A stretch of DNA of 53,634 nt, from the IMG/VR virus record IMGVR_UViG_3300026187_000020, positions 1-53,634 of that record; one strand, 5' to 3'. The position numbers and the translations under genes were made by a program. Below the pieces are notes generated by a model. The model was not told the DNA's origin. It ran no database searches and saw only the letters and a list, made by a program, of their open reading frames with translations. Source of the DNA: a virus (taxonomy: Duplodnaviria; Caudoviricetes). Shown piece by piece: positions 1-8,658 of this stretch (its first letter is position 1; each line of letters begins with the position of its first letter).

Positions 1-1724
1 ACCTCATAAGTTACTTCGTCGTGGTAGAATAGAAGAATTTTACTATCAATTTTTGCTTTAGCAAGTTCCTCATGGATCATATTGACAGTATACTTCATAA
101 CAACAGCTTCAGCACCTTGAATGAGATAATTCAAAGCCTTATGCCGTTCTTCACTGCTAAGTTTAATAGGACGACCATCAAGGCCAATAATATATCCTCT
201 AGTCTCAACAGCTCTATTACATTGATTAATAAGGTTAACAAGTTTAGGGAGCGCTGCTTTATACTTAGCAACAGCTTTCTTGGTCTCATTAACAGACTTG
301 TTAATATAGCCACTAAGCTTTTGAGCACCTGCTCCGTAAAGATAAGCAAAGATAAATCGCTTAGCTTCATTTCGTGTACAGCCAATAATATCGGCATTCA
401 TTTGATGAATATCCCCTTCGAGCACCTGTTTGGTAAACTCTGGGTCATTCATATAGTATGCCAATAGCCTGAGCTGGCAAGCAGCTGAGTCAGCAGACAC
501 CAGTTTAGTGCCGCTAGGAGTAATAAAAAGTCTCCGAAACTCAGGGCCAAGAGTGGCTTTTCCGCTCGGTAGGTTTGCAATGATTTTATGAGTTTGTCTA
601 AAAGTTGGAGTACCAATGTTAAAGACGTCACCATGTAGACGGCTGTTATCATCGACATATTCAAACCATCCTTCTAAGATTGATTTACGAGAACGTAAGG
701 TATAGTACTCCATAAGAGCTTGTCCTACATCTCCGAGTGGTTCCAGTGAACTATCGGTGAGTTTTGCAGAGACCTTGACGAATTCTCCATTGATGCGCTT
801 CCAGTTCCAATCGTCCGGTTTCCAGCCGATTGTTCCCAAGTAAGATTTAACCGTATCAGTGTTGCCAATATCACCAACACTAAAATCAACCCGACAAAAA
901 CTCCCATCATCTTTAAAGAAAGGGCTAGAGTTAACATCGGTGTCCAAAGGAAGCTTAAACCAACGGATAAGGTGGGTATTAAGTTTTCCTGCTTTCGTGT
1001 AAGTCGGTTTCTTTTCGATTGCATAGCGTTTTCCTGTTATTTCTTCGTGTTCTTTTGTTGTATCAGGATCAACCACTACTGCTTTGCCCGGAAGTTTAGG
1101 GTTAATGAAATTAGAAATTTCTACCATCCGGGAGTCAATAGTGTCTCGAAGTGCATGTGCAGCTTCTAAATCAAATTTCCAACCATTCTCACACTGTTCC
1201 GCCATAATGCCATCCATTTCAATTTCTGAACGGAGGGCTTTAAGAACATCAGGTCTTTTATGCTTATTTATATAGTACTTTAGTTCCTTCATCAAATACT
1301 TATAAACTTTAGTACCGAGTCTAACGTCTTGTTGCATATATACAAACATATCTTCGTTAAACTCTTCCCAACCACCCTCATAATCACCCTTGTTATCTTT
1401 GAAGAATTCACCCCAAGCCTTCAAGGAATGACCAAAGCCAAATCGACGATAGTTAAGTAGTTGAGACATTACTTTAGTGCATTGCACTACTGCTTTAGGT
1501 TCCCACTCGTAGTTGCTTAGTTTCTTTAAGGCAGGTACATCATAACCCATAGCATTATGAGCTACAATGATATCTGCTTGATCGAGTAAATCTAAGAACT
1601 CCTTGAACTGATGCGGTCGAAACCAATACTCTTTTCCAGTATCAACATCAATCGCACCAGCACAATGGAACTTAGATATTTTTGGCAGAAGGTTATCTGC
1701 CTCAATATCAAATACTAGTTTCAT
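1..1724 (-). CDS. T7-like family A DNA polymerase (3' end outside window)
   Basis: Not in the ORF track because it has no stop in the window. I translated segments by hand from ATG 1724: exonuclease motifs MKLVFDIEAD and AHNAMGYD, motif A SADSAACQLR (491-468), motif B RNEAKRFIFAYLYG, motif C FYHDE (~29-15). Motifs A and C are in frame with the start. Confidence 0.95.
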   Translation of the reverse strand, partial: MKLVFDIEADNLLPKISKFHCAGAIDVDTGKEYWFRPHQFKEFLDLLDQADIIVAHNAMGYDVPALKKLSNYEWEPKAVVQCTKVMSQLLNYRRFGFGHSLKAWGEFFKDNKGDYEGGWEEFNEDMFVYMQQDVRLGTKVYKYLMKELKYYINKHKRPDVLKALRSEIEMDGIMAEQCENGWKFDLEAAHALRDTIDSRMVEISNFINPKLPGKAVVVDPDTTKEHEEITGKRYAIEKKPTYTKAGKLNTHLIRWFKLPLDTDVNSSPFFKDDGSFCRVDFSVGDIGNTDTVKSYLGTIGWKPDDWNWKRINGEFVKVSAKLTDSSLEPLGDVGQALMEYYTLRSRKSILEGWFEYVDDNSRLHGDVFNIGTPTFRQTHKIIANLPSGKATLGPEFRRLFITPSGTKLVSADSAACQLRLLAYYMNDPEFTKQVLEGDIHQMNADIIGCTRNEAKRFIFAYLYGAGAQKLSGYINKSVNETKKAVAKYKAALPKLVNLINQCNRAVETRGYIIGLDGRPIKLSSEERHKALNYLIQGAEAVVMKYTVNMIHEELAKAKIDSKILLFYHDEVTYE

Positions 1725-1881
1725 CAAATATTTCTTCCAAGGTTTGTTCTGCTTCACAGCTTCTAATTAAGCGATATAGCCGCTTAGCACTTATAATAGA
1801 CATGCTTTTATCATCTACTTCTCCCAACTCATAGAGTCGAGTTGCAAGGCGGTCAACCACTTTTTCTTCAAACTTAGTCAT
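1708..1881 (-). CDS. hypothetical protein (57 aa)
   Basis: Hand-translated ORF MTKFEEKVVDRLA...FDETSI*. It fills the gap and overlaps both neighbours. Confidence 0.6.
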   Translation of the reverse strand: MTKFEEKVVDRLATRLYELGEVDDKSMSIISAKRLYRLIRSCEAEQTLEEIFDETSI

Positions 1882-2089
1882 TGTTTGGTCCTAACAGTCC
1901 TGTAAGAAGGGCATCAATATTAAACAGCTCATCTGTAACATTGTCTAAAAGATCTGACTCATAGTCGCCAGTCTCCTGTAGATAATGAATAGCAGACTTT
2001 ACTGAGTGCAAAGCCCGTTCAATATCACCCCGTACTATTTCTAGCTGCTTCTCTTGTTCAAGCTTAAACATCAATTCTTCGTCAATCAT
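1874..2089 (-). CDS. hypothetical protein
   Basis: Tightly packed ORF with ATGA overlap to the upstream gene. Confidence 0.7.
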   Translation of the reverse strand: MIDEELMFKLEQEKQLEIVRGDIERALHSVKSAIHYLQETGDYESDLLDNVTDELFNIDALLTGLLGPNND

Positions 2090-2343
2090 CCAAGGTCTCC
2101 ATCAACAAAATCAGGCCATTCATCTTCAATATTAAGTTCTTTTTTACGAAGTTCCCATGCTTCGGGAAATCCGCTCATGTGGGAATCAGTCATTGCTTCA
2201 TGATTTCCCCATACTCTAGCAGTATAACCGTTATATACTGATAGAACATCTTTTCGACTCCAGTCGGTGGGGATAAGCATCCCCTTAACCGACCAGTAAA
2301 GTCTATTAGCTTCCTTGTAAACGTGAGAGGGTAAGTTATGCAT
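2086..2343 (-). CDS. hypothetical protein
   Basis: Likely start MHNLP at 2343, after an AGGAG RBS; packed in the operon. Confidence 0.7.
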   Translation of the reverse strand: MHNLPSHVYKEANRLYWSVKGMLIPTDWSRKDVLSVYNGYTARVWGNHEAMTDSHMSGFPEAWELRKKELNIEDEWPDFVDGDLG

Positions 2344-2866
2344 TTCGCTCCTTAATGACATTAACTAAATAGTTGGCATACCACTGAATCTTCTTGGCAT
2401 CTTGAAGATCGTCATCTTTCTTACCAAGACGAACAGCATACTTGAAAATCTGACCAAGCAAATGAGCCTCAACACCATTATGATGAGACAAGATATACTC
2501 CATCAGATTCATGTATTCAAGACCATCAGTAAACTTTTCGTAAGCTTCTGATGGAATTAGCTTATAATGACTAGGGTTAATAACTGCCTCTTGCTGATCT
2601 TCTGTCATATTAGAAAAATCACCATGAAACTCTGGTTTTTCTTTCTGGTGATAAACTTCTGCGTTATATCTCCATTTAACTATATCTGAAGGGAGTTTAA
2701 GTTCTTGCCATTCAACAATACTTTCTTTAATTTTATTATAGGTGCGACCATCTCTCCGCATCAGATCAAGAACTGATCCTTTAGGAATTTCCAATTCGCT
2801 ACCGTCAACGTCATTCCAGCTATTCTGCTCAAGTTCTTTCATAATACGTCTCTCTACTCTGTTCAT
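2336..2866 (-). CDS. DUF3310 / T7 gp1.7-like (nucleotide kinase-like) protein
   Basis: C-terminal INPSHY ... KYAVRLGKKDDDLQDAKKIQWY signature; start position uncertain. Confidence 0.8.
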   Translation of the reverse strand: MNRVERRIMKELEQNSWNDVDGSELEIPKGSVLDLMRRDGRTYNKIKESIVEWQELKLPSDIVKWRYNAEVYHQKEKPEFHGDFSNMTEDQQEAVINPSHYKLIPSEAYEKFTDGLEYMNLMEYILSHHNGVEAHLLGQIFKYAVRLGKKDDDLQDAKKIQWYANYLVNVIKERNA

Positions 2867-3255
2867 TAGCCACCTGCAACTTCGTTCCACACACGCCGAT
2901 CAACAGAATGTGTCCAGTTTTCTGGGCGAAGGGCTTTTTCTAGATACAAGGCATCTTTTCTAGTTAACCCTTCAGCTATAATTCGGAAGCCGATTTTTCC
3001 TTGTTTTTGGAATTGATCTAACATTTTAATAACAGTTCGCATTCTTTTACGATCACCTCGTTTACACTCTAAAGTTTCTATACGATACCTCTCAGGTATT
3101 GTTGAGTAAGGTGCAAGTCCGATGTAACCCCATTTTAGTTCTGAGGGAACCCATCCTCGGGTCATTCCTGTGTAAAACCAATGGTAAACAAAATATTCAT
3201 TGGTTACATTGCTCATATGAAACTCTTTCATTTCTTCCGAGTACCACTTAGCCAT
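2866..3255 (-). CDS. GIY-YIG family nuclease-like protein
   Basis: YFVYH...GYIG...ERY...DALYLE...WNEVAGG matches the GIY-YIG pattern (Y, YIG, R, E, N); likely start MAKWY. Confidence 0.6.
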   Translation of the reverse strand: MAKWYSEEMKEFHMSNVTNEYFVYHWFYTGMTRGWVPSELKWGYIGLAPYSTIPERYRIETLECKRGDRKRMRTVIKMLDQFQKQGKIGFRIIAEGLTRKDALYLEKALRPENWTHSVDRRVWNEVAGG

Positions 3256-3311
3256 TCTACCGCCATTCTGTTTGTTGTTTTTTCCAAGTACAAATGTTAG
3301 TCTTAGCATCA

Positions 3312-3545
3312 TCAAGAAAAAAGACGTTCATTAGCCCAACTTTCTGAAAATGCCTTTAAATCCTGAACTTTTGCTTTAAGCTCTGCCTTATTATCAAAGC
3401 CATACATTTGTGCCGCTAGTTGTTCTGCATTGTACCTGCTATAACCAGCATCATACTCTAGAATCGCAGCTCGCTCTTCGAAAGCATCATCTAGATCATA
3501 ACCATCAATCCATTCATATTTTCTCATAGGAATACAGTCTCCCAA
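3312..3545 (-). CDS. conserved phage hypothetical protein
   Basis: FEERAAILEYDAGYSRYNAE motif, familiar from small phage proteins. Confidence 0.7.
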   Translation of the reverse strand: MGDCIPMRKYEWIDGYDLDDAFEERAAILEYDAGYSRYNAEQLAAQMYGFDNKAELKAKVQDLKAFSESWANERLFS

Positions 3546-3727
3546 AGTTGATCTTCATACCACTTGAAAATTTCTTTTTTAGTGCGTTCACCGAGAGGTC
3601 GCCCATCTTCTTTAAAGATATCTGTGACAAACCAATCGTCTCCGTCTTTTTCGCCTTCTACTAGAATTTCAGCCCAGTTAACATGGCGTAAACTTATTTT
3701 CATCCAGCCGTGCATTTTACTCTCCAA
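3524..3727 (-). CDS. hypothetical protein
   Basis: Packed minus-strand ORF. Confidence 0.65.
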   Translation of the reverse strand: MESKMHGWMKISLRHVNWAEILVEGEKDGDDWFVTDIFKEDGRPLGERTKKEIFKWYEDQLWETVFL

Positions 3728-3905
3728 ACCATTTTCTCATAAAAGCCCGAAGGTCTTTTTCATTTGCTAGTTGAGTTACAGTGTTATGGTAAACACCCTC
3801 TGGTCCTAAAATAGCAATTTCAGGTTTGCCATTAATAGAAACAATCGAGATATCTTCTACTTCGTTAATCGGAATTAACACTTGATTACGAGTAAAGTTT
3901 TCCAT
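3717..3905 (-). CDS. hypothetical protein
   Basis: Packed minus-strand ORF, likely start MENFT. Confidence 0.65.
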   Translation of the reverse strand: MENFTRNQVLIPINEVEDISIVSINGKPEIAILGPEGVYHNTVTQLANEKDLRAFMRKWFGE

Positions 3906-4098
3906 CTTCAAAAGCCTTAACAATTTTGGTTTCTACAATTCTAACATCACTTCCAGCTCCATCTGCGTAGTACAGATTAAAACGAGCAGAAGCTTGTTCA
4001 TAAGTGTCAAAAATCCACATTGGCTCCCAATAAAAACCATCCTCGTCTTCATCGTAAGACCAGACATGGACTTCATACATTCTTGGCGAAAATCCCAT
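3886..4098 (-). CDS. hypothetical protein
   Basis: TAATG overlap with the upstream gene. Confidence 0.7.
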   Translation of the reverse strand: MGFSPRMYEVHVWSYDEDEDGFYWEPMWIFDTYEQASARFNLYYADGAGSDVRIVETKIVKAFEDGKLYS

Positions 4099-4538
4099 TA
4101 GCCTTCATACTCCATTGCTGCTTGAATTGCTTCGTCTAAATCATCATGAACTTCTGTTGCCATAGCTGTCATGAATGGATTCAAATGATCTTCAGGATTT
4201 TTCCAGACAATAATAGTTTTGTGCTTCATATGAGCAAACATAACTTCAGCGGCTGTTCCTTGGGCTTTTACGCCTTCATGATTACGCATGTCAACAAGAA
4301 GAACTTCACACCGTGCAATATCACGAAGATCTTGTTTAAAGATCCTATTTGCAATATTACGATCTAGTCCCTTATCTTCAAGTGATTTAATGTGATATGG
4401 CGTTCTACGAGTAGGATCTAACACACTAATTCCTGCATGTTCTAAATCCATCGTAGCGTGTTCACGCCATTCTTTCATTTCAGAACCGGACATTCCAGCC
4501 ATTGGTCCTGCAAGATATACACCTTTACATAGTTTCAT
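4098..4538 (-). CDS. nucleoside 2-deoxyribosyltransferase / dNMP N-glycosidase family protein
   Basis: VYLAGPM, LDPTRR, DLRDIARCEVLLV and GTAAEV motifs; GGAGAG RBS before ATG 4538. Confidence 0.85.
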   Translation of the reverse strand: MKLCKGVYLAGPMAGMSGSEMKEWREHATMDLEHAGISVLDPTRRTPYHIKSLEDKGLDRNIANRIFKQDLRDIARCEVLLVDMRNHEGVKAQGTAAEVMFAHMKHKTIIVWKNPEDHLNPFMTAMATEVHDDLDEAIQAAMEYEG

Positions 4539-5091
4539 AGTACTCTCCAGTAATAGCTTTTGCATGGATAAAAGATACTTCATCAGCATCTTTAAAGTGT
4601 TTTGGATACTTGTCTGCAATTAGTTCACACCAAGTATTCCACCAATATTCTGTTCCTTTTTGTTGAACAAGGTCAATGTATTCATTAATCCTTTTATTCC
4701 CCTTAAAGTAAGTATTAGAGATACCTAAACGAGTTAGATTATGAACATCTAAGCAAGCAGTATCCCGACCCATTAGCTGGAGTACAAAGCTTGCTTTGAC
4801 AACACCTAAGCCATTTATTTTAGTTAATTCTTTCGTAGCTTCTTCTAATGGTAGATTATCGAGATGCTTAAGTGTAGTCTTAAGCTCATTAAAACTGATT
4901 AAGGCTTTCTTTCGATTACCCCATGCTGATTTAGAATTTTCTTTATTTAGCAGGAGATCTTCTGTTACTCTCTCAATGTTATAGAAGCGTTCTCGAATAG
5001 AACCAATAACAAAAGTTACAACTCTTTCAAGACCTTTATCGTAGTCATTATCAATAAAGTCTCTAATTGCTTTTACATCACGTTGATACAC
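4525..5091 (-). CDS. HhH-GPD superfamily DNA glycosylase-like protein
   Basis: LTKINGLGVVKASF (helix-hairpin-helix with Lys) followed by TACLDVH (catalytic-type Asp); GTG start with GAGG RBS. Confidence 0.75.
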   Translation of the reverse strand: MYQRDVKAIRDFIDNDYDKGLERVVTFVIGSIRERFYNIERVTEDLLLNKENSKSAWGNRKKALISFNELKTTLKHLDNLPLEEATKELTKINGLGVVKASFVLQLMGRDTACLDVHNLTRLGISNTYFKGNKRINEYIDLVQQKGTEYWWNTWCELIADKYPKHFKDADEVSFIHAKAITGEYYETM

Positions 5092-5108
5092 TTTATGCCT
5101 CTTGGCTT

Positions 5109-5141
5109 AATAAAATAGGGGAAGACCGTTAAGTCTCCCCC
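5109..5141 (-). terminator. intrinsic terminator after SSB
   Basis: Minus strand GGGGGAGAC-TTAACG-GTCTTCCCC followed by TATTTTATT. Confidence 0.7.
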
Positions 5142-5161
5142 AATTGTTTTAGGTGTTGTTT

Positions 5162-5695
5162 TTAGAACGTCAGCTCGTCATCAAGCTCATTACTTGCTAC
5201 AAACTGATCATCATCTACAGACTGATTATCTGCAACTTTGATTACCTCCATTTCTTCAATAGCGAAGTCGTCTTCACGGGGCTTCGGTGTGTATTCACGG
5301 AGAGTAGTTACTTGGACGGCCATCAGCATACTTGCAATGCCTTTACGACCGCCTACGTTGTATTCATATTGGTAAATACGAACATTACCAATAGAACCAT
5401 TACCAAGGGTGTTAGGATCAATCGGAGAAAGATCACCACCAACAAGGTTAACAGGGTTTTGCGGATTGCCATCCCGCTTAAGCGTCTTCTTCTTTAGAGA
5501 CGCCTTATAGAAAACACCATCATCGTCATCATCAGTTTTGACATTGATGTCCATGTCCTTCCATTGTTTAGCTTGTGCTTTATTACGAGTACGAATCTGA
5601 ACTTCCCAAGTCGGGTTATTCTGATCAAACATAGCATTAGGCTTCTTTGGGTCCAGCTTAGCAAACCACAGTTCAACGTTCTTCAATACAGCCAT
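5162..5695 (-). CDS. T7 gp2.5-like single-stranded DNA-binding protein
   Basis: OB-fold-type pattern (LGNGSIGNV, LMAVQV), acidic tail ending in Phe, position in the replication module. Confidence 0.85.
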   Translation of the reverse strand: MAVLKNVELWFAKLDPKKPNAMFDQNNPTWEVQIRTRNKAQAKQWKDMDINVKTDDDDDGVFYKASLKKKTLKRDGNPQNPVNLVGGDLSPIDPNTLGNGSIGNVRIYQYEYNVGGRKGIASMLMAVQVTTLREYTPKPREDDFAIEEMEVIKVADNQSVDDDQFVASNELDDELTF

Positions 5696-5742
5696 TTTAA
5701 TATTCCTCTTGGATAGATTTTAGTAGTTTCAGTGAACAATTG

Positions 5743-5762
5743 TTCTTTAACGTCAGGTATTA
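5743..5762 (-). promoter_or_regulatory. phage RNAP promoter, class L (TAATACCTGACGTTAAA|GAA)
   Basis: One of 4 near-identical copies, all at gene boundaries; T7-like 17-nt geometry, predicted +1 at 5745. Confidence 0.85.
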
Positions 5763-5763
5763 T

Positions 5764-5970
5764 TTACCCAATAATTTCAATCTTATAGTCGTAGTTGTCT
5801 TCATACAACTCGGCATAAGTTTCTTCTCCGTCAATTTCCATGATGACTTCGATATAACCATCGCCAAGCGCTTGAACAAAACCCGCATGAGTTTCATTCT
5901 CAAACATCACAGCAATACGATTACCGATTTTAAGCGAAGGCAAAATCTGAGCCAATGACATTCCGTACAT
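5764..5970 (-). CDS. hypothetical protein
   Basis: AAGGA RBS; overlaps the 3' end of the RNAP gene. Confidence 0.65.
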   Translation of the reverse strand: MYGMSLAQILPSLKIGNRIAVMFENETHAGFVQALGDGYIEVIMEIDGEETYAELYEDNYDYKIEIIG

Positions 5971-8098
5971 CTAGGTTTCCTTTCTCTGGTACTAGATCAA
6001 TTGAGTTTAGTTGCAAGAGAACTTTCTCTAGCGGGTTAGCTTCATAGAGTTCGACAAACTTTTCTCTGACATGGTAGAACATTTTGTTCATATTGCCAGC
6101 ATGAGATCCAAAAGAGTCATGAACGACAGTGACTGGATAGTCAGCATCGTGAATGCACATAGTAAGATGAACAGCATCAAGACTATGAACCACGTTGGGC
6201 GCTGCACCTGTTTTTTGTTTACTCTCATTAATAGTTGTCTCTTCCCATACTTGGATTTGGACTTTAATAATATCATCACCATACTTTAGCTCAGTTCGCT
6301 TATTAGTAGGCTTACGATATGCTTGAAATACAGGAAACCCTGTAATTGGTGAAATCCAGTTCATATGCTCTTTCCGTTCATTTGCTCTTTCAGCAACTGT
6401 TTGGAAGAGTCTCAACATACGAGCTGGCCCCTTAAGCTCCTCATAACAGGTATCATATACCAGAGTGCCAAGGAGTGCTCCCCAGAGATGCTCTTTGTCT
6501 CTTAGATAGGGGGAGATATCCCGAGTGTCTTCTATTACCTGTTGACCCATACCGTAGGACGTACCACCATAGCCTAGTGTCATGACATTACGCTTGACAG
6601 TCTTACGTTGGATTTTCTTGTCTTGGATATTGTGCCAGTATACAGGGAATAGTTTTACTCGGAGATCTCTATTTTGATTGCGCCAAGTTTGTGCTGCTTG
6701 AAAAGCCAAAGCCTTTCTTTCAGACTTATCTGGAGCAGTGTTGTATTCGTTTTGTAGCCTATTAGCTGTTTCGAATACCTCTTGAAACTTATCGATAGTC
6801 TCCTGATCAGTCTCCTTTACCATCTTATCAAGACGATTCCACACCTTCTCAGCAATGAACATATAAACATCACCGGGGAGATCTTGTGGAACAAGGTTTA
6901 CTAGTGGTGCAACCTCATCGTCTTTAGACATAGCAACAAGGTGTTGAACACCGTTGTTAGAACCGTCAATATAAACAGGTAGACAACTTGGGAAGTCTTC
7001 TGTTGCATGTCCATCACCATGCCAATTAGATAGCATAGAGAGTTCATAACAAGCAGAAAGAAAGCTGAAAGGCTTATCTGCCTTCATCCAGCCAGTTTCT
7101 TCCATTGGTCGATCTGCATACATCAACAAATCATCTAAATTGTCTTGTACCCACTGTACACGATCATCAAGACTTACTTTGTCATTACCCCATACGTTTG
7201 CAGTATGAACACATAGCCAGTAGTAGCCCTCTTCTCCAAGAGGTACTGCTTCATCTAGCATTAGAATTCCCTTAGCATTATCGCTAGATTGTTCATGCAA
7301 GAAAGCAGTATTAGGGTAAATACGGCCACGAAAGTCAAGATTATACAGGTGGTAGAATGGTCTACCAATGTGCTTTTCTGCTAGTCTCTGAATAGCTTCA
7401 GCTTCGATAATTAACGAAGCCCGTTTAATTGGGTCAATCTCCTTGGTAAACTTAAAAGGATTCTGTTCTGAAGTCATACATTGTTTATAAACTTCAAATA
7501 CTGGTTCGTTAATTCGCCAAGCGGTATGACTAAGCTTGTTAAGAGTATTAACAATATAGCTCATATCATTTTCTTGGAAATACTTTAGTGCAGCCTCATA
7601 ACCTTTCTTAATTACACTAATACCAGTGTCAATATGATAAGCTTCTCCCTGCCAATCTTCAGGTGGTGCGCTGACAGGAAACATATCAACTTTCTCTGTA
7701 TCAACTAGATCCATTAGTTCTTTAATGGCTTTCCAGTCTTTAGCATAAAGAAAGTAAGATCTGTGCTTATCCTTTTTACCATTACGATAAGTATGTTTCT
7801 TTCTATATCCCAGTATCCCAAGTTCAATATAGCTGATTAGCACAAACCAACCACCTTGAACATCTAGAATACTGTTTTGTTTTTGACGTAGCTTCTGTCT
7901 TAGTCGTCGACCAATACTACTTGCTACATCTACTAGTGTTCCGTTTCTTTCTAACCCCTTGAGTACGTGAATGTAAGAGAATTCTATGATATCTCTAGCA
8001 GACATATTTGTTAAAAAGTTAGCTGCTTGTCGTTTATCAAGAATTGATTTACGATATTCTAGATCTTCAGTTAATCTGTCTAGAATAGTTAATTCCAT
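5930..8098 (-). CDS. T7-like single-subunit DNA-directed RNA polymerase (RNAP-2, ~722 aa)
   Basis: LDFRGRIY, motif A IDGSNNGVQH, motif B RKTVKRNVMTLGYG, APNVVHSLDA, motif C VHDSF; GGAGGA RBS favours start MELT at 8098. Confidence 0.97.
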   Translation of the reverse strand: MELTILDRLTEDLEYRKSILDKRQAANFLTNMSARDIIEFSYIHVLKGLERNGTLVDVASSIGRRLRQKLRQKQNSILDVQGGWFVLISYIELGILGYRKKHTYRNGKKDKHRSYFLYAKDWKAIKELMDLVDTEKVDMFPVSAPPEDWQGEAYHIDTGISVIKKGYEAALKYFQENDMSYIVNTLNKLSHTAWRINEPVFEVYKQCMTSEQNPFKFTKEIDPIKRASLIIEAEAIQRLAEKHIGRPFYHLYNLDFRGRIYPNTAFLHEQSSDNAKGILMLDEAVPLGEEGYYWLCVHTANVWGNDKVSLDDRVQWVQDNLDDLLMYADRPMEETGWMKADKPFSFLSACYELSMLSNWHGDGHATEDFPSCLPVYIDGSNNGVQHLVAMSKDDEVAPLVNLVPQDLPGDVYMFIAEKVWNRLDKMVKETDQETIDKFQEVFETANRLQNEYNTAPDKSERKALAFQAAQTWRNQNRDLRVKLFPVYWHNIQDKKIQRKTVKRNVMTLGYGGTSYGMGQQVIEDTRDISPYLRDKEHLWGALLGTLVYDTCYEELKGPARMLRLFQTVAERANERKEHMNWISPITGFPVFQAYRKPTNKRTELKYGDDIIKVQIQVWEETTINESKQKTGAAPNVVHSLDAVHLTMCIHDADYPVTVVHDSFGSHAGNMNKMFYHVREKFVELYEANPLEKVLLQLNSIDLVPEKGNLDVRNVIGSDFAFA

Positions 8099-8167
8099 AT
8101 ATGTTATCCTCCGAACAGGCATTGTATAATTATTATACCCTGTTATTTAGAATCATGAACAATATTA

Positions 8168-8233
8168 TTATTTGTCAGGAGTAGCGTTTACAAACATCAT
8201 AACTACCACCATGCAAATAATACCTATTGTCAT
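8168..8233 (-). CDS. 21-aa hydrophobic peptide
   Basis: MTIGIICMVVVMMFVNATPDK*, preceded by a GAGGTG RBS. Confidence 0.4.
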   Translation of the reverse strand: MTIGIICMVVVMMFVNATPDK

Positions 8234-8245
8234 ATATCACCTCAG

Positions 8246-8296
8246 AAAAAAAAAAATAGTTTAATTTGGTAAGCCCCCGCCCCGAAGGGCGAGGGT
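8246..8296 (-). terminator. GC-rich UUCG hairpin with displaced U11 tract
   Basis: ACCCTCGCCC-TTCG-GGGCGGGGGC, then TTACCAAATTAAACTA and T11. Confidence 0.55.
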
Positions 8297-8302
8297 AAAA
8301 CT

Positions 8303-8533
8303 TTACGAAAGATTCGGGTTGTTCTTCAACAGAGTCTTGAGCCAGTTACGAACACTGGCATCAGTAACTCCATACTTGCTTGCTACATCAGCAAACGAGT
8401 AACCTTCAAGTACTTCACTCGCAGCGATTACTCGCATACGATTGGTGATCCCTGCATAACGATGACCTTGACCTACATAGTAGCTTGGGGCTTTTTTGGT
8501 GTTACGGATCTTTGTACTTACAGACTTAGCCAT
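8303..8533 (-). CDS. small helix-turn-helix DNA-binding protein
   Basis: YSFADVASKYGVTDASVRNWLK HTH pattern; strong GAAGGAGATAT RBS. Confidence 0.8.
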   Translation of the reverse strand: MAKSVSTKIRNTKKAPSYYVGQGHRYAGITNRMRVIAASEVLEGYSFADVASKYGVTDASVRNWLKTLLKNNPNLS

Positions 8534-8619
8534 GAGATATCTCCTTCATTTGGCATTGTAGACCTCTGTGGTCTAAAAGACCCACTATTGCTAATGGGCT
8601 AGTTAAACTACAGGGAGGT

Positions 8620-8658
8620 TGATACATACTGTATCATTATAGATACGCTAGTTTTCTC
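8620..8658 (-). promoter_or_regulatory. early promoter/hairpin element, class E copy 4
   Basis: GAGA-N8-GTATCTATAA-TGATACA-GTA-TGTATCA. Confidence 0.8.

Noticed and set aside
72-1275. Several short ORFs on both strands in the ORF track
   Set aside because: All lie within the DNA polymerase frame (1724 to the left edge), which the track missed because it has no stop in the window.
8545-8619. Cloverleaf-like fold considered as a tRNA or self-cleaving ribozyme
   Set aside because: No TTC T-loop, 7-nt anticodon loop or CCA end, and no hammerhead core; kept only as a structured leader.
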